NCBI RefSeq assembly: GCF_002286975.1 | Contig: NZ_NSKB01000001.1 | Coordinates: forward strand, 24,733-64,732 | Reading direction: 5' to 3' | DNA: 40,000 bases | Origin: Halomonas salipaludis | GTDB lineage: Bacteria; Pseudomonadota; Gammaproteobacteria; Pseudomonadales; Halomonadaceae | Part shown: in pieces, positions 1-7,054 of the stretch | Numbering within the stretch: the first letter of the stretch is position 1 | Layout of the letters: each line of letters starts with the position of its first letter | Made by a program: the position numbers and the translations under genes | The notes under the pieces: model-generated | Told to the model about the DNA's origin: nothing | Databases searched by the model: none | The model's input: only the letters and a program-made list of their open reading frames with translations

Positions 1-48
1 GACTTGATATGATCAAGATAATATTCAACGTGGGAGTGCGAGGTCGTC

Positions 49-711
49 ATGCCCTACTCGACGAACCACAAGGCCAAATCGCGGGAGCGCATCCTCAAGT
101 CGGCCATCGAGCTGTTCAGCCGCAAGGGGTTCGAGAAGGCCTCCATCGGCCAGATCATGAAGCTGGCCAAGATGACCCACGGCGCCTTCTACGCGCACTT
201 CTCCTCGAAGGAAGCGCTCTACCACGCCTCGGTACGTGAAACCCTGGAGAGCAGCCGCGCGGCTCGGCTGGTCAAGGGGCCGCTCTCGGTGAAGCACCTG
301 ACGGAACTGGTCGCCAACTGCTGGAACCTCCAGGAGCTCGAGCGCAAGTGCAAGCCGGGCCCCGAGACGGTACTGTTCAACGAGATCGGCAACGAGAATG
401 CCGAGGTGCGCACGCTGTTCGAAGCTTCTTATCTGCGCATGAAAAAGATGCTGGAAACCCGCCTCATCGCCCTGAGCCGCCTCAAGAAACTCCCCTTCGA
501 GCCCGACCGCGAGGTCGTTGCCGACAAGGCCCGCGTCATTCTTGCCTCCCTGGTGGGCGCCGTGGCCATCGCCAAGAGCCTGCCCGGCGAGCAGGAGCGT
601 CAGAACCTCCTCAACGCCGCCCAGCGCAATATCCTGCAGATGCTCGGCGTCGACGAGAGCGAGCTGGACAGCATGCTGGGCGCCGCAGGGCAAGAGCAGA
701 GCCCCGCGTAG
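49..711 (+). CDS. TetR/AcrR-family transcriptional regulator
   Basis: 220-aa ORF with N-terminal HTH 'SRERILKSAIELFSRKGFEKASIGQIMKLAKMTHGAFYAHFSSKEALY', typical of TetR. The antisense ORF 25..798 is a GC shadow. Confidence 0.85.
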   Translation: MPYSTNHKAKSRERILKSAIELFSRKGFEKASIGQIMKLAKMTHGAFYAHFSSKEALYHASVRETLESSRAARLVKGPLSVKHLTELVANCWNLQELERKCKPGPETVLFNEIGNENAEVRTLFEASYLRMKKMLETRLIALSRLKKLPFEPDREVVADKARVILASLVGAVAIAKSLPGEQERQNLLNAAQRNILQMLGVDESELDSMLGAAGQEQSPA

Positions 712-921
712 CATATCCCTCTCTTCCCCTAATGCTTTTGTGCAGTGTTGACTTTGTTGGCGTTGCTCAGCGCATAGCGTTTGTTTACGGTAAGGCAAAG
801 GCCACTGAAGATGGCCGTTTCACCAAGACGTACGCAAGGGCTGCCGCATCAGGGATGACACTGCCATCATCCATGTTGCCGGGTAGGGGCGGTAGCGTGC
901 CTGGACTCCGTCATCAACCAC

Positions 922-1823
922 TCAACCCAGCGGGCTGCGAACACCGGCGAACTCCTTACCCAGCACATGTGTATAGATCTGGGTAGTTTCCACGCTCTTG
1001 TGCCCCAGCAACTCCTGAACGGTGCGGATGTCCGTTCCTTGGCTAAGTAACTGCGTCGCGAAGCTGTGCCGCAAAGTATGGCAGGAGCCGGGGCGTGGTA
1101 ACGATGCTGCTCGCATCGCATTCTTGACGGCCTTCTGCACCGCTGAAGGATGGATATGGTGAAGAACGACCTTGCCGGCATCATCGAAGCAGGGGCGGCT
1201 AGCTGGAAATAGCCATTGCCAGGCCAGGGATGTCCCAGCATTGGGATACTTACGGTCCAGCGCGTGGGGAAGCGTCACAGGAACGCTATCATGGCTCAGG
1301 CGATGTTCAAGTTGCTGTCCTTGTCGCCCTTTCCGGCTCTTATCGTCAGTACCTGACGGTCGAAGTCGACATCGCGTACACGTAGGCGGCAGGTTTCGAG
1401 TACCCGTAATCCCGAGCCATACATCAAGGAGGCCATCAAGTGCACGGGGCCCGAGAGTTGATTCAGCACGCGAACGACCTCTTCGTGAGACAGCACCACC
1501 GGCAGTCGGCGCGGTCGCTTGGCGTGCGCGAAATCACCAATATCGCCGAGAGGCTGATCGAGCACATGGCGATAGAGGAACACGATGGCGTTCAGGGCTT
1601 GGTTCTGTGTGGCCGCTGCCACATGGCGCTGCACCGCAAGGTGCTCCAAGAAAGCCCTGACCTCGGGGCCACCCATGCTAGCGGGATGACGCACGCCATT
1701 GAAACGAATGAAGTAGCGTATCCAGTAGCAGTAGGTTTTTACGGTGCGAGGGCTGTAGCGTCTCACCTTCATGGTGGCCTTCACGCGATCCATGAGCTTT
1801 GGAGGTCGGCTGTGCGCGTCCAT
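922..1823 (-). pseudogene. intI: Integron integrase IntI (tyrosine recombinase), disrupted by frameshift and internal deletion
   Basis: The N-terminal ORF 1296..1823 ('VRRYSPRTVKTYCYWIRYFIRFNGVRHP...[16 protein letters not shown]...[10 protein letters not shown]') ends prematurely. The C-terminal ORF 922..1278 in another frame carries '[19 protein letters not shown]...[12 protein letters not shown]...[38 protein letters not shown]' (RHRY catalytic boxes plus the IntI-specific ALxRKYP segment). Only about 15 codons separate GKGDKD from LPxAL, versus about 35 in IntI proteins as I recall them. Confidence 0.85.
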
Positions 1824-1848
1824 AAGCTGCTCCTTGCATTTCCTATTG

Positions 1849-1864
1849 CTGGATTTATGTACAG
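1849..1864 (-). promoter_or_regulatory. Candidate LexA box (CTG-N10-CAG) upstream of intI
   Basis: The minus strand reads ATACTGTACATAAATCCAGC, about 25 nt upstream of the intI ATG (1821-1823). It fits CTG-N10-CAG and the left half TACTGT of the E. coli-type consensus. Confidence 0.45.
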
Positions 1865-1981
1865 TATTATTGGTTCCGACAAAACGCGCAAGCGCGCGAA
1901 TTCTGCATAGATCGCCTAATTATTCTTAGCCTCATGAGATATCAATGGGTTAGGGGAAACGCGGTAGGCTAGATAAGATTG

Positions 1982-2003
1982 TTGAACGCGCCGGCGCGTT
2001 CAA
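1982..2003. repeat. Perfect 22-bp palindrome TTGAACGCGCCGGCGCGTTCAA inside the attI region
   Basis: Read directly: arms ttgaacgcgcc / ggcgcgttcaa. Confidence 0.9.
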
Positions 2004-2057
2004 GTGAATAAATGAGAAGGCAGTCTAATACCTGTTAACCCGTTTAAGAGGTCCAGT

Positions 2058-2564
2058 TTGAATATTGAAGTAAGTAGTGAAAAATCCGGTGATGAGGCGA
2101 GAATACATCATGTTACAGAACAGGCGTTTTTAAGCGCGCCTCACACTGATCATACCGAGCAGTTCATTGTAGATGCTCTTCGCCGCGCGGGAGCGCTGAC
2201 GATCTCTCAAGTGGCTAAAGCTGATGGAGAAATTATTGGTCATGTTGCGATTTCGCCGGTCACTCTTTCAGATGGTGCAACCGGCTGGTTTGGGCTTGGG
2301 CCAATATCTGTTCTTCCTGAATTTCAAGGGCTTGGTATTGGATCTAAGCTAATGCAGAGTTCTCTTGACGCGCTTGAGGAAGTGGGTGCATCTGGCTGCG
2401 TGGTGCTCGGCGACCCTGCTTATTATGGGCGCTTCGGGTTCGAGGTTGTAGATGGGCTGGTCTTCCCCGGTGTGCCAGCTGAGTATTTTCAGGCGCTATC
2501 GTTTTCCGGCGAGTTCCCACAAGGGGAAGTTTCGTACCATGAGGCATTCTCAGCCCAGGGTTAA
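2058..2564 (+). CDS. GNAT family N-acetyltransferase (cassette 1)
   Basis: TTG start 6 nt after the AAGAGG RBS. Acetyl-CoA motif 'VLPEFQGLGIGSKLMQ'. The stop lies in attC R''. Confidence 0.8.
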   Translation: MNIEVSSEKSGDEARIHHVTEQAFLSAPHTDHTEQFIVDALRRAGALTISQVAKADGEIIGHVAISPVTLSDGATGWFGLGPISVLPEFQGLGIGSKLMQSSLDALEEVGASGCVVLGDPAYYGRFGFEVVDGLVFPGVPAEYFQALSFSGEFPQGEVSYHEAFSAQG

Positions 2565-2642
2565 CAAGGCCAAGCACAGCGACAGCTTTTCCGTTGCGGC
2601 TTCGCCTCCACTACAAAGCTGCGCGTGTTGGCGGCGTTAGCC
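2559..2642 (+). other. attC site 1
   Basis: R''-like GGTTAAC ... R' GTTAGCC. About 85% identical by eye to attC 20 (19699-19782). Confidence 0.7.
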
Positions 2643-2660
2643 TCACAAGGAGATCAGGGC

Positions 2661-3116
2661 GTGGTTTACTCGAATGCGTCTATTTATAGGGAAATTTCAG
2701 AAGAGGCATATTCAAAAATGTGCTCTCTTTTGGATGAGGGAAGAACGCCGAAAAATGATGGATCCGGTGGCTACATTATTAAGTATGATCCAGCCCGTAA
2801 TTCATTCAAACAGTCGATGATTGTGGTGGTATTTACGGGTATGTGGCTAGAGGCAATTCTCCATCAGATAATAGTTGCCAGGCACGGCGGCGATGAATTC
2901 AAAAAGTATGATTTTAAGTCATATCGAGAAAAGTTAATTTTATTGGGTGTTTCATCTACCGAAGTACTGGATAAAGTAGATTCATTCAAAGCTACACGAA
3001 AAGAGTTAGTGCATGAAAAAGTCTTTTTCGATAACAGCGAAATTAAGGTGGCCCAACAAGAGGCAGAGTTGGCTCATCAAGTGATGTCGAGCGTGTCTCA
3101 TGCGCTGGACATCTAA
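2661..3116 (+). CDS. Hypothetical protein with Rx4H (HEPN-like) motif (cassette 2)
   Basis: GTG 2661 lies 8 nt after AAGGAG. The ORF-track start at 2625 lies inside attC 1. Motif 'KATRKELVHEKVF' near the C-terminus. Confidence 0.55.
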   Translation: MVYSNASIYREISEEAYSKMCSLLDEGRTPKNDGSGGYIIKYDPARNSFKQSMIVVVFTGMWLEAILHQIIVARHGGDEFKKYDFKSYREKLILLGVSSTEVLDKVDSFKATRKELVHEKVFFDNSEIKVAQQEAELAHQVMSSVSHALDI

Positions 3117-3191
3117 GGCTAACAAGTCAATTAACTTCGCGCCTACGGCGCCGGACGCAGCAAAGCTGCGCCGGTTATTGAGGCGTTAGGG
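3117..3191 (+). other. attC site 2
   Basis: R'' GGCTAAC (3117-3123) ... R' GTTAGGG (3185-3191). Confidence 0.75.
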
Positions 3192-3199
3192 GGGGGGGG
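3189..3199 (+). repeat. G11 homopolymer tract between the attC 2 core and the cassette-3 start codon
   Basis: Counted directly: 11 consecutive G, ending 2 nt before ATG 3202. Confidence 0.95.
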
Positions 3200-3201
3200 C
3201 A

Positions 3202-3609
3202 ATGAAGGCGCCGACTGATCTAGAGTTGCTCGATCACATATATGAAAGTTATTACTCAACGTTTTCGTCATACACCAAAGAAGACGCAGATAGGGATAGC
3301 AAAATATACGTCCCTATCGACTGTGCCGAGATCGCTAGGCACTTCGGTGTAGACAGGGATATTGTTTTCGGTCGCCTCTATTACCACTTGGAAAAGAAGT
3401 ATGGGTACAAGCAAAGTGATGGAGTGAATGTGCATTTTTTTGCTCTGAGGGTAGGCGACGATATTAAATGCATAAACTTCCCACTTTTAGCCTCTGTTGT
3501 TGCGGGCCTAAGGCAAGAGTACAGGAAGTTTTGGCTAGCTACTGGCATTTCGATTGGGGCATTGGTCATCTCATCAATTTCACTTGGAGTAAGTCTGTTA
3601 GGCCCCTAA
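3202..3609 (+). CDS. Hypothetical small protein with a C-terminal transmembrane helix (cassette 3)
   Basis: 135-aa ORF with a hydrophobic tail 'FWLATGISIGALVISSISLGVSLLGP'. The TAA stop is inside attC R''. Confidence 0.6.
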   Translation: MKAPTDLELLDHIYESYYSTFSSYTKEDADRDSKIYVPIDCAEIARHFGVDRDIVFGRLYYHLEKKYGYKQSDGVNVHFFALRVGDDIKCINFPLLASVVAGLRQEYRKFWLATGISIGALVISSISLGVSLLGP

Positions 3610-3692
3610 CCAGTCGGTCAACCGGACGCCAAAAGCATCCCGCTTTTGGTCCCCACCGTTGCGCGCTGGCGCCGGTTACCTAAGCGTTATGT
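3604..3692 (+). other. attC site 3
   Basis: R'' CCCTAAC ... R' GTTATGT (3686-3692). Its ends resemble attC 8. Confidence 0.7.
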
Positions 3693-3720
3693 CCTTGAGG
3701 TCGCGGAGCAATAGTCAGTC

Positions 3721-4656
3721 ATGGAATATCAATTAGATATTAAAGAAAATGCGCTCGATAGTTTTAATGAGGCGCTGGCTAAGTTTGAGCAAGGTGAAAA
3801 TGGTGAATTACGCCATTATAAATTTGCCATTTTGCATCTCTCTCATTTTTTAGAGTTGGTTCTGAAGCTTTATGTAGCGTCGGTTGATAAAAATCTTGTT
3901 TTCAGCAAGTGCTACAAGCATGTCGAGAAACGAGCCAAAAAGGAATCTATAAATCTACATCAGGCATATCAGTTACTTTGCAAAGAAGGCTTTGATTTCG
4001 GATCATTGCTAGCGAGCATCCCCCACCCACATACGATCACGCTCGACCAAGCGCTAGAGTTTTCTAAATGTGAAAAATGTGGCGTTACTGGTGTAGATTT
4101 TGTCGACGTAGATTTTTGTAACGACATCGAGTGGCTAAAAGGACTTAGAAACAATATAGAACATTATCAGTTTAGGCTTCCACCGAAGGAAGTGCGCCTT
4201 TGTATTGGTCGTTTGGTTCGAGGGGTAGCAGAATTTGTTGATATTTTCAGTCTGTTTGATCTTGAAAGTGAAGTTGGTAAAGAGAGTTATCATGTTTTTG
4301 AAGTTTTGGCAGACGAATACGCTCACCTTCTAAAAGAGGCTGAAAGAGAGGTTGTAGAAAAAAAGGAAGAAACGTACAGGGGAGTAAGGCCAAAGCACTA
4401 CGTGTTTATCGAATGGAACGTTTATCAGTGCCCTGAATGCTCGAACAATACAATGATACCATCAGACGATTCCAGCACCGGGTACAAATGCACCTTTTGC
4501 TCAAATGAGGAAAGCGACGAAATAGAAATTCCTTGTGATTGCTGCGGAGCGATGGCAACAGTAGAAGAAATGGCTACCTGGAAAATGGATGATGGTACCA
4601 TCGAGAATCGGTGTTATTTTTGTTCTGGACAATACTATGCTGATAAAGATGACTGA
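3721..4656 (+). CDS. HEPN-like (RNNIEH) protein with a C-terminal 4x CxxC zinc-ribbon region (cassette 4)
   Basis: 311-aa ORF. It carries 'LKGLRNNIEHYQF' (RNxxxH, the classic HEPN RNase motif). The C-terminus has CPEC...CTFC...CDCC...CYFC. Confidence 0.6.
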   Translation: MEYQLDIKENALDSFNEALAKFEQGENGELRHYKFAILHLSHFLELVLKLYVASVDKNLVFSKCYKHVEKRAKKESINLHQAYQLLCKEGFDFGSLLASIPHPHTITLDQALEFSKCEKCGVTGVDFVDVDFCNDIEWLKGLRNNIEHYQFRLPPKEVRLCIGRLVRGVAEFVDIFSLFDLESEVGKESYHVFEVLADEYAHLLKEAEREVVEKKEETYRGVRPKHYVFIEWNVYQCPECSNNTMIPSDDSSTGYKCTFCSNEESDEIEIPCDCCGAMATVEEMATWKMDDGTIENRCYFCSGQYYADKDD

Positions 4657-4728
4657 CATAACAATCGCGTCAATAGGGACTGGTTTTCCGCTGGCGCTCC
4701 AAACCAGCCCATTACGCGGGCGTTAGGG
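4656..4728 (+). other. attC site 4
   Basis: R'' ACATAAC ... R' GTTAGGG (4722-4728). Confidence 0.7.
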
Positions 4729-4758
4729 TCACGAACTAGTAGGAAGTATTTGGGAACT

Positions 4759-5721
4759 ATGGAAAAGAAATTTCGGGGAAACGTCGCTGCGGCAAAAAGG
4801 CTGCTACTCACTAGGGCAGGAAATAGATGTTCCAACCCGAACTGTGGTGTTCGCTTGATTACTGATGACGGAATTCCCATCGCGGAGATCTGCCACATAG
4901 AGGCAATTTCGGAAGGTGGTCCCAGATACAACCCAGAAAAAATAATTAACAAAGAAGACGCTCGGAAAAGAATTGCTGATCTAGATAATTTAATCATTCT
5001 CTGTCCAAGCTGCCACAGGCTAGTGGATAGTGATCCTATCTATTACGATGCAGATTGGCTTAGGACCGCTAGAGAGGAACACGAGCGAAAAGTCTTAAAT
5101 CAACTCGAATCAAAAAGCGCTCCTACTTCTAATAAGGAACTAAATCGCACGGTCACAAGCTTTCACCAAAGCCTGGATATCTGGCGAGAGAATATTGAAA
5201 ATGGAGATGAAGAGTTCTGGCAATCCTTGTTTAAAACCAATCCAAAGCTAATAGCCCAAGCTATTCCGAACCATATTATTCAGATTGGCGATAAATGTTA
5301 CCTTGGTGGGAAGGGTGCTGAGAATAAAGGCGGGAAGGTCGTTGATTTTCTATATGCAACCAATTTTAGCAAGAATTTTGTTGTTGTCGAGATTAAAACT
5401 CCAAAAACAAGGTTAATCGGAAAGGAGTATAGGACTTGTGTTTTCTCTCCAGCTGAGGACTTGACTGGCTCTATTGTGCAAGTCCTGTCATACAAAACTA
5501 CTTTGTTGAAGGATTTCCACTCTGTCCAAAGAGACAACTCCTTTCAAGCTTTCGAACCTACCTGCCTTGTTATTGCCGGCAACTTAGAAATGGAAGCTGA
5601 CGATGCGGGTAAGCGTGCTTCGTTTGATCTGTATCGCTCAAACTCGAACGTGCTAATAATCACCTACGATGAGCTTTTTTACAAAATAGAAAGTCTTTTG
5701 GAGCTGCTCGATGAAGGCTGA
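4759..5721 (+). CDS. HNH endonuclease domain fused to a DUF4263 / Shedu (SduA-like) nuclease domain (cassette 5)
   Basis: N-terminus: 'CSNPNCGV...CHIEAISEGGPRYN...NLIILCPSCHRLVD' (HNH). C-terminus: 'EEFWQSLFKTNPKLI...VVDFLYATNFSKNFVVVEIKTPKT...GSIVQVLSYK', matching the DUF4263 PD-(D/E)xK core as I recall it. ATG 4759 is preferred; TTG 4750 is possible. Confidence 0.75.
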   Translation: MEKKFRGNVAAAKRLLLTRAGNRCSNPNCGVRLITDDGIPIAEICHIEAISEGGPRYNPEKIINKEDARKRIADLDNLIILCPSCHRLVDSDPIYYDADWLRTAREEHERKVLNQLESKSAPTSNKELNRTVTSFHQSLDIWRENIENGDEEFWQSLFKTNPKLIAQAIPNHIIQIGDKCYLGGKGAENKGGKVVDFLYATNFSKNFVVVEIKTPKTRLIGKEYRTCVFSPAEDLTGSIVQVLSYKTTLLKDFHSVQRDNSFQAFEPTCLVIAGNLEMEADDAGKRASFDLYRSNSNVLIITYDELFYKIESLLELLDEG

Positions 5722-5723
5722 GA

Positions 5724-5795
5724 CCCTAACAATCGCGTCAATCAGGACGCTCGCTAGCTCGCGCCTATTACGCGGGCGTAAGGCGTAAGGTAAGG
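5724..5795 (+). other. attC site 5 with degenerate or duplicated R' (GTAAGG x3 instead of GTTAGG)
   Basis: R'' CCCTAAC (5724-5730). The 3' end reads gcGTAAGGcGTAAGGTAAGG. Its flanks resemble attC 4. Confidence 0.6.
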
Positions 5796-5803
5796 ACTCA
5801 ATT

Positions 5804-6268
5804 ATGAGAATTGATTATCTTGAGGATGCACCGGATTTTATCCCGTTACTTGCTCGTGAAATGGCGGAGCACTGGAGCAGCATTATCCCTGGAGAATGCT
5901 ATGAGCGACGGTATGCGAAGCTAATTTCCCACCAGAATCGCGATCAGCTACCACTCGCATGGGTAGCGCATGAAAATGGTGTTCTGTTGGGCACAAGTGC
6001 TTTGAGAGTTTGTGACTTGGAAGGGAGAGAAGACTTAACCCCTTGGCTTGCAGGTATCTTTGTCATGCCGGATTACAGAGGCCGTGGAATCGCAGCTAAA
6101 CTTTGCGAAGTTGCAGAAAGGAAGGCGTGGGAATGGGGAGTTGCAAGATTATATCTGCACACTCCTGATCAGCAAGGGCTCTATCGAAAACTAGGGTGGA
6201 GTAGTTTAGAACTAGAGGATTGGAATGGGGTTCAGACAGAAATTATGGTCAAAGATCGCGAAGCCTAA
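5804..6268 (+). CDS. GNAT family N-acetyltransferase (cassette 6)
   Basis: 154 aa with 'VMPDYRGRGIAAKLCE' (acetyl-CoA binding motif). Confidence 0.8.
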   Translation: MRIDYLEDAPDFIPLLAREMAEHWSSIIPGECYERRYAKLISHQNRDQLPLAWVAHENGVLLGTSALRVCDLEGREDLTPWLAGIFVMPDYRGRGIAAKLCEVAERKAWEWGVARLYLHTPDQQGLYRKLGWSSLELEDWNGVQTEIMVKDREA

Positions 6269-6340
6269 CCAGGCGCATCAGTTCGCAGCCTTCGGCCGCC
6301 GGACGCTCGTAAACTCGCGCCGCTGTGCTTGGCGTTAGGC
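6263..6340 (+). other. attC site 6
   Basis: R'' GCCTAAC ... R' GTTAGGC, perfect consensus cores. Confidence 0.85.
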
Positions 6341-6359
6341 GATTACTCAACTCGGAGGC

Positions 6360-6950
6360 ATGATGACAGTTAAGGAACCAGTCAAAAGCGTCGTAAATCA
6401 AAACACTCTACCTGTGGGTTTTCCTACACATGCTCATGGGACAGAATTTTGGGAGTGTTTGGGTAGAACAGTTGCCACATTTGGGTTCCTCGAAGAAGTG
6501 TTGGTAAAAGCTATTTTCGCTTTTACCGCTACTACGGAGTACAGCGAAGCTGAAATCGAAGAAGCATACTCAAAGTGGGTTCCTAAGCTAGAGAGATCCC
6601 TGTCTGATCAGCTTGGCGCGTTAATAGACACCTACGGAAAATCTGTACGCGATAATTCAGACGCGACAATAGAGAATCTTGATGACTTAATAAATGACCT
6701 TCGAGCCGCATCGAAAATACGTAATGTTTTGTGTCATGGCTCATGGCGTATGCCAGATAGTAACGGGGCGTCAATTCCGTTCTTTGTAAATCGCCAGAAA
6801 GAGGTTTTTGAAACATCAATTGATGTTGCTTTTCTGAACCAGGTTCAAAAGCATGCAGTAGAGTTAAGCTGTGCCGTAATAAATACTGTAACTCATATGG
6901 GGTGGCAGTTTCCAAGTAGTAATGGGCCGGGCGAAGTAGTATGGCGCTAA
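6360..6950 (+). CDS. Hypothetical protein with Rx4H (HEPN-like) motif (cassette 7)
   Basis: 196-aa ORF with tandem ATGs at 6360/6363 after GGAGG. Motif 'AASKIRNVLCHGSW'. Confidence 0.55.
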   Translation: MMTVKEPVKSVVNQNTLPVGFPTHAHGTEFWECLGRTVATFGFLEEVLVKAIFAFTATTEYSEAEIEEAYSKWVPKLERSLSDQLGALIDTYGKSVRDNSDATIENLDDLINDLRAASKIRNVLCHGSWRMPDSNGASIPFFVNRQKEVFETSIDVAFLNQVQKHAVELSCAVINTVTHMGWQFPSSNGPGEVVWR

Positions 6951-6965
6951 ATATCCAGCATCGTC

Positions 6966-7042
6966 GCCTAACAAATAAAGGCACCGGACATCAAAACCGC
7001 CGCTTCGCTCTGGTTTTGCTGCCGGTGCTTTAGGCGTTAAGG
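6966..7042 (+). other. attC site 7
   Basis: R'' GCCTAAC ... R' GTTAAGG (7036-7042). Confidence 0.8.
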
Positions 7043-7054
7043 GAAGCCAAAATT

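Larger units (their letters stand above)
1824..2040 (+). other. attI region (intI - first cassette junction); crossover candidate GTTAGGG 1949-1955 or GTTAACC 2034-2040
   Basis: AT-rich intergenic region between the divergent intI and the first cassette ORF. It holds two GTTRRRY-like cores. Pc was not confidently located. Confidence 0.4.

Noticed and set aside
25-798. 257-aa minus-strand ORF covering the first TetR gene
   Set aside because: It is antisense to a gene with a clear TetR HTH. Its composition is low-complexity Ala/Leu/Gly-rich, typical of GC-driven shadow ORFs.
1846-1873. Candidate Pc promoter TTGCTG-16-TATTGG on the plus strand
   Set aside because: The hexamers are weak and overlap the LexA-like box. 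There is not enough evidence to annotate it without a TSS.
867-1910. ORFs 867..1241(-), 1172..1660(+), 1440..1910(+) overlapping intI
   Set aside because: They are alternative frames or strands of the intI pseudogene. They have no recognisable motifs, whereas the intI frames carry the RHRY boxes.
2625-2660. N-terminal extensions of cassette ORFs across attC sites (also 16792-17076, 19686-19796, 22091-22159, 26588-26656)
   Set aside because: The extensions read through the preceding attC or even the preceding gene. Internal starts with good RBS spacing lie just after the R' core.
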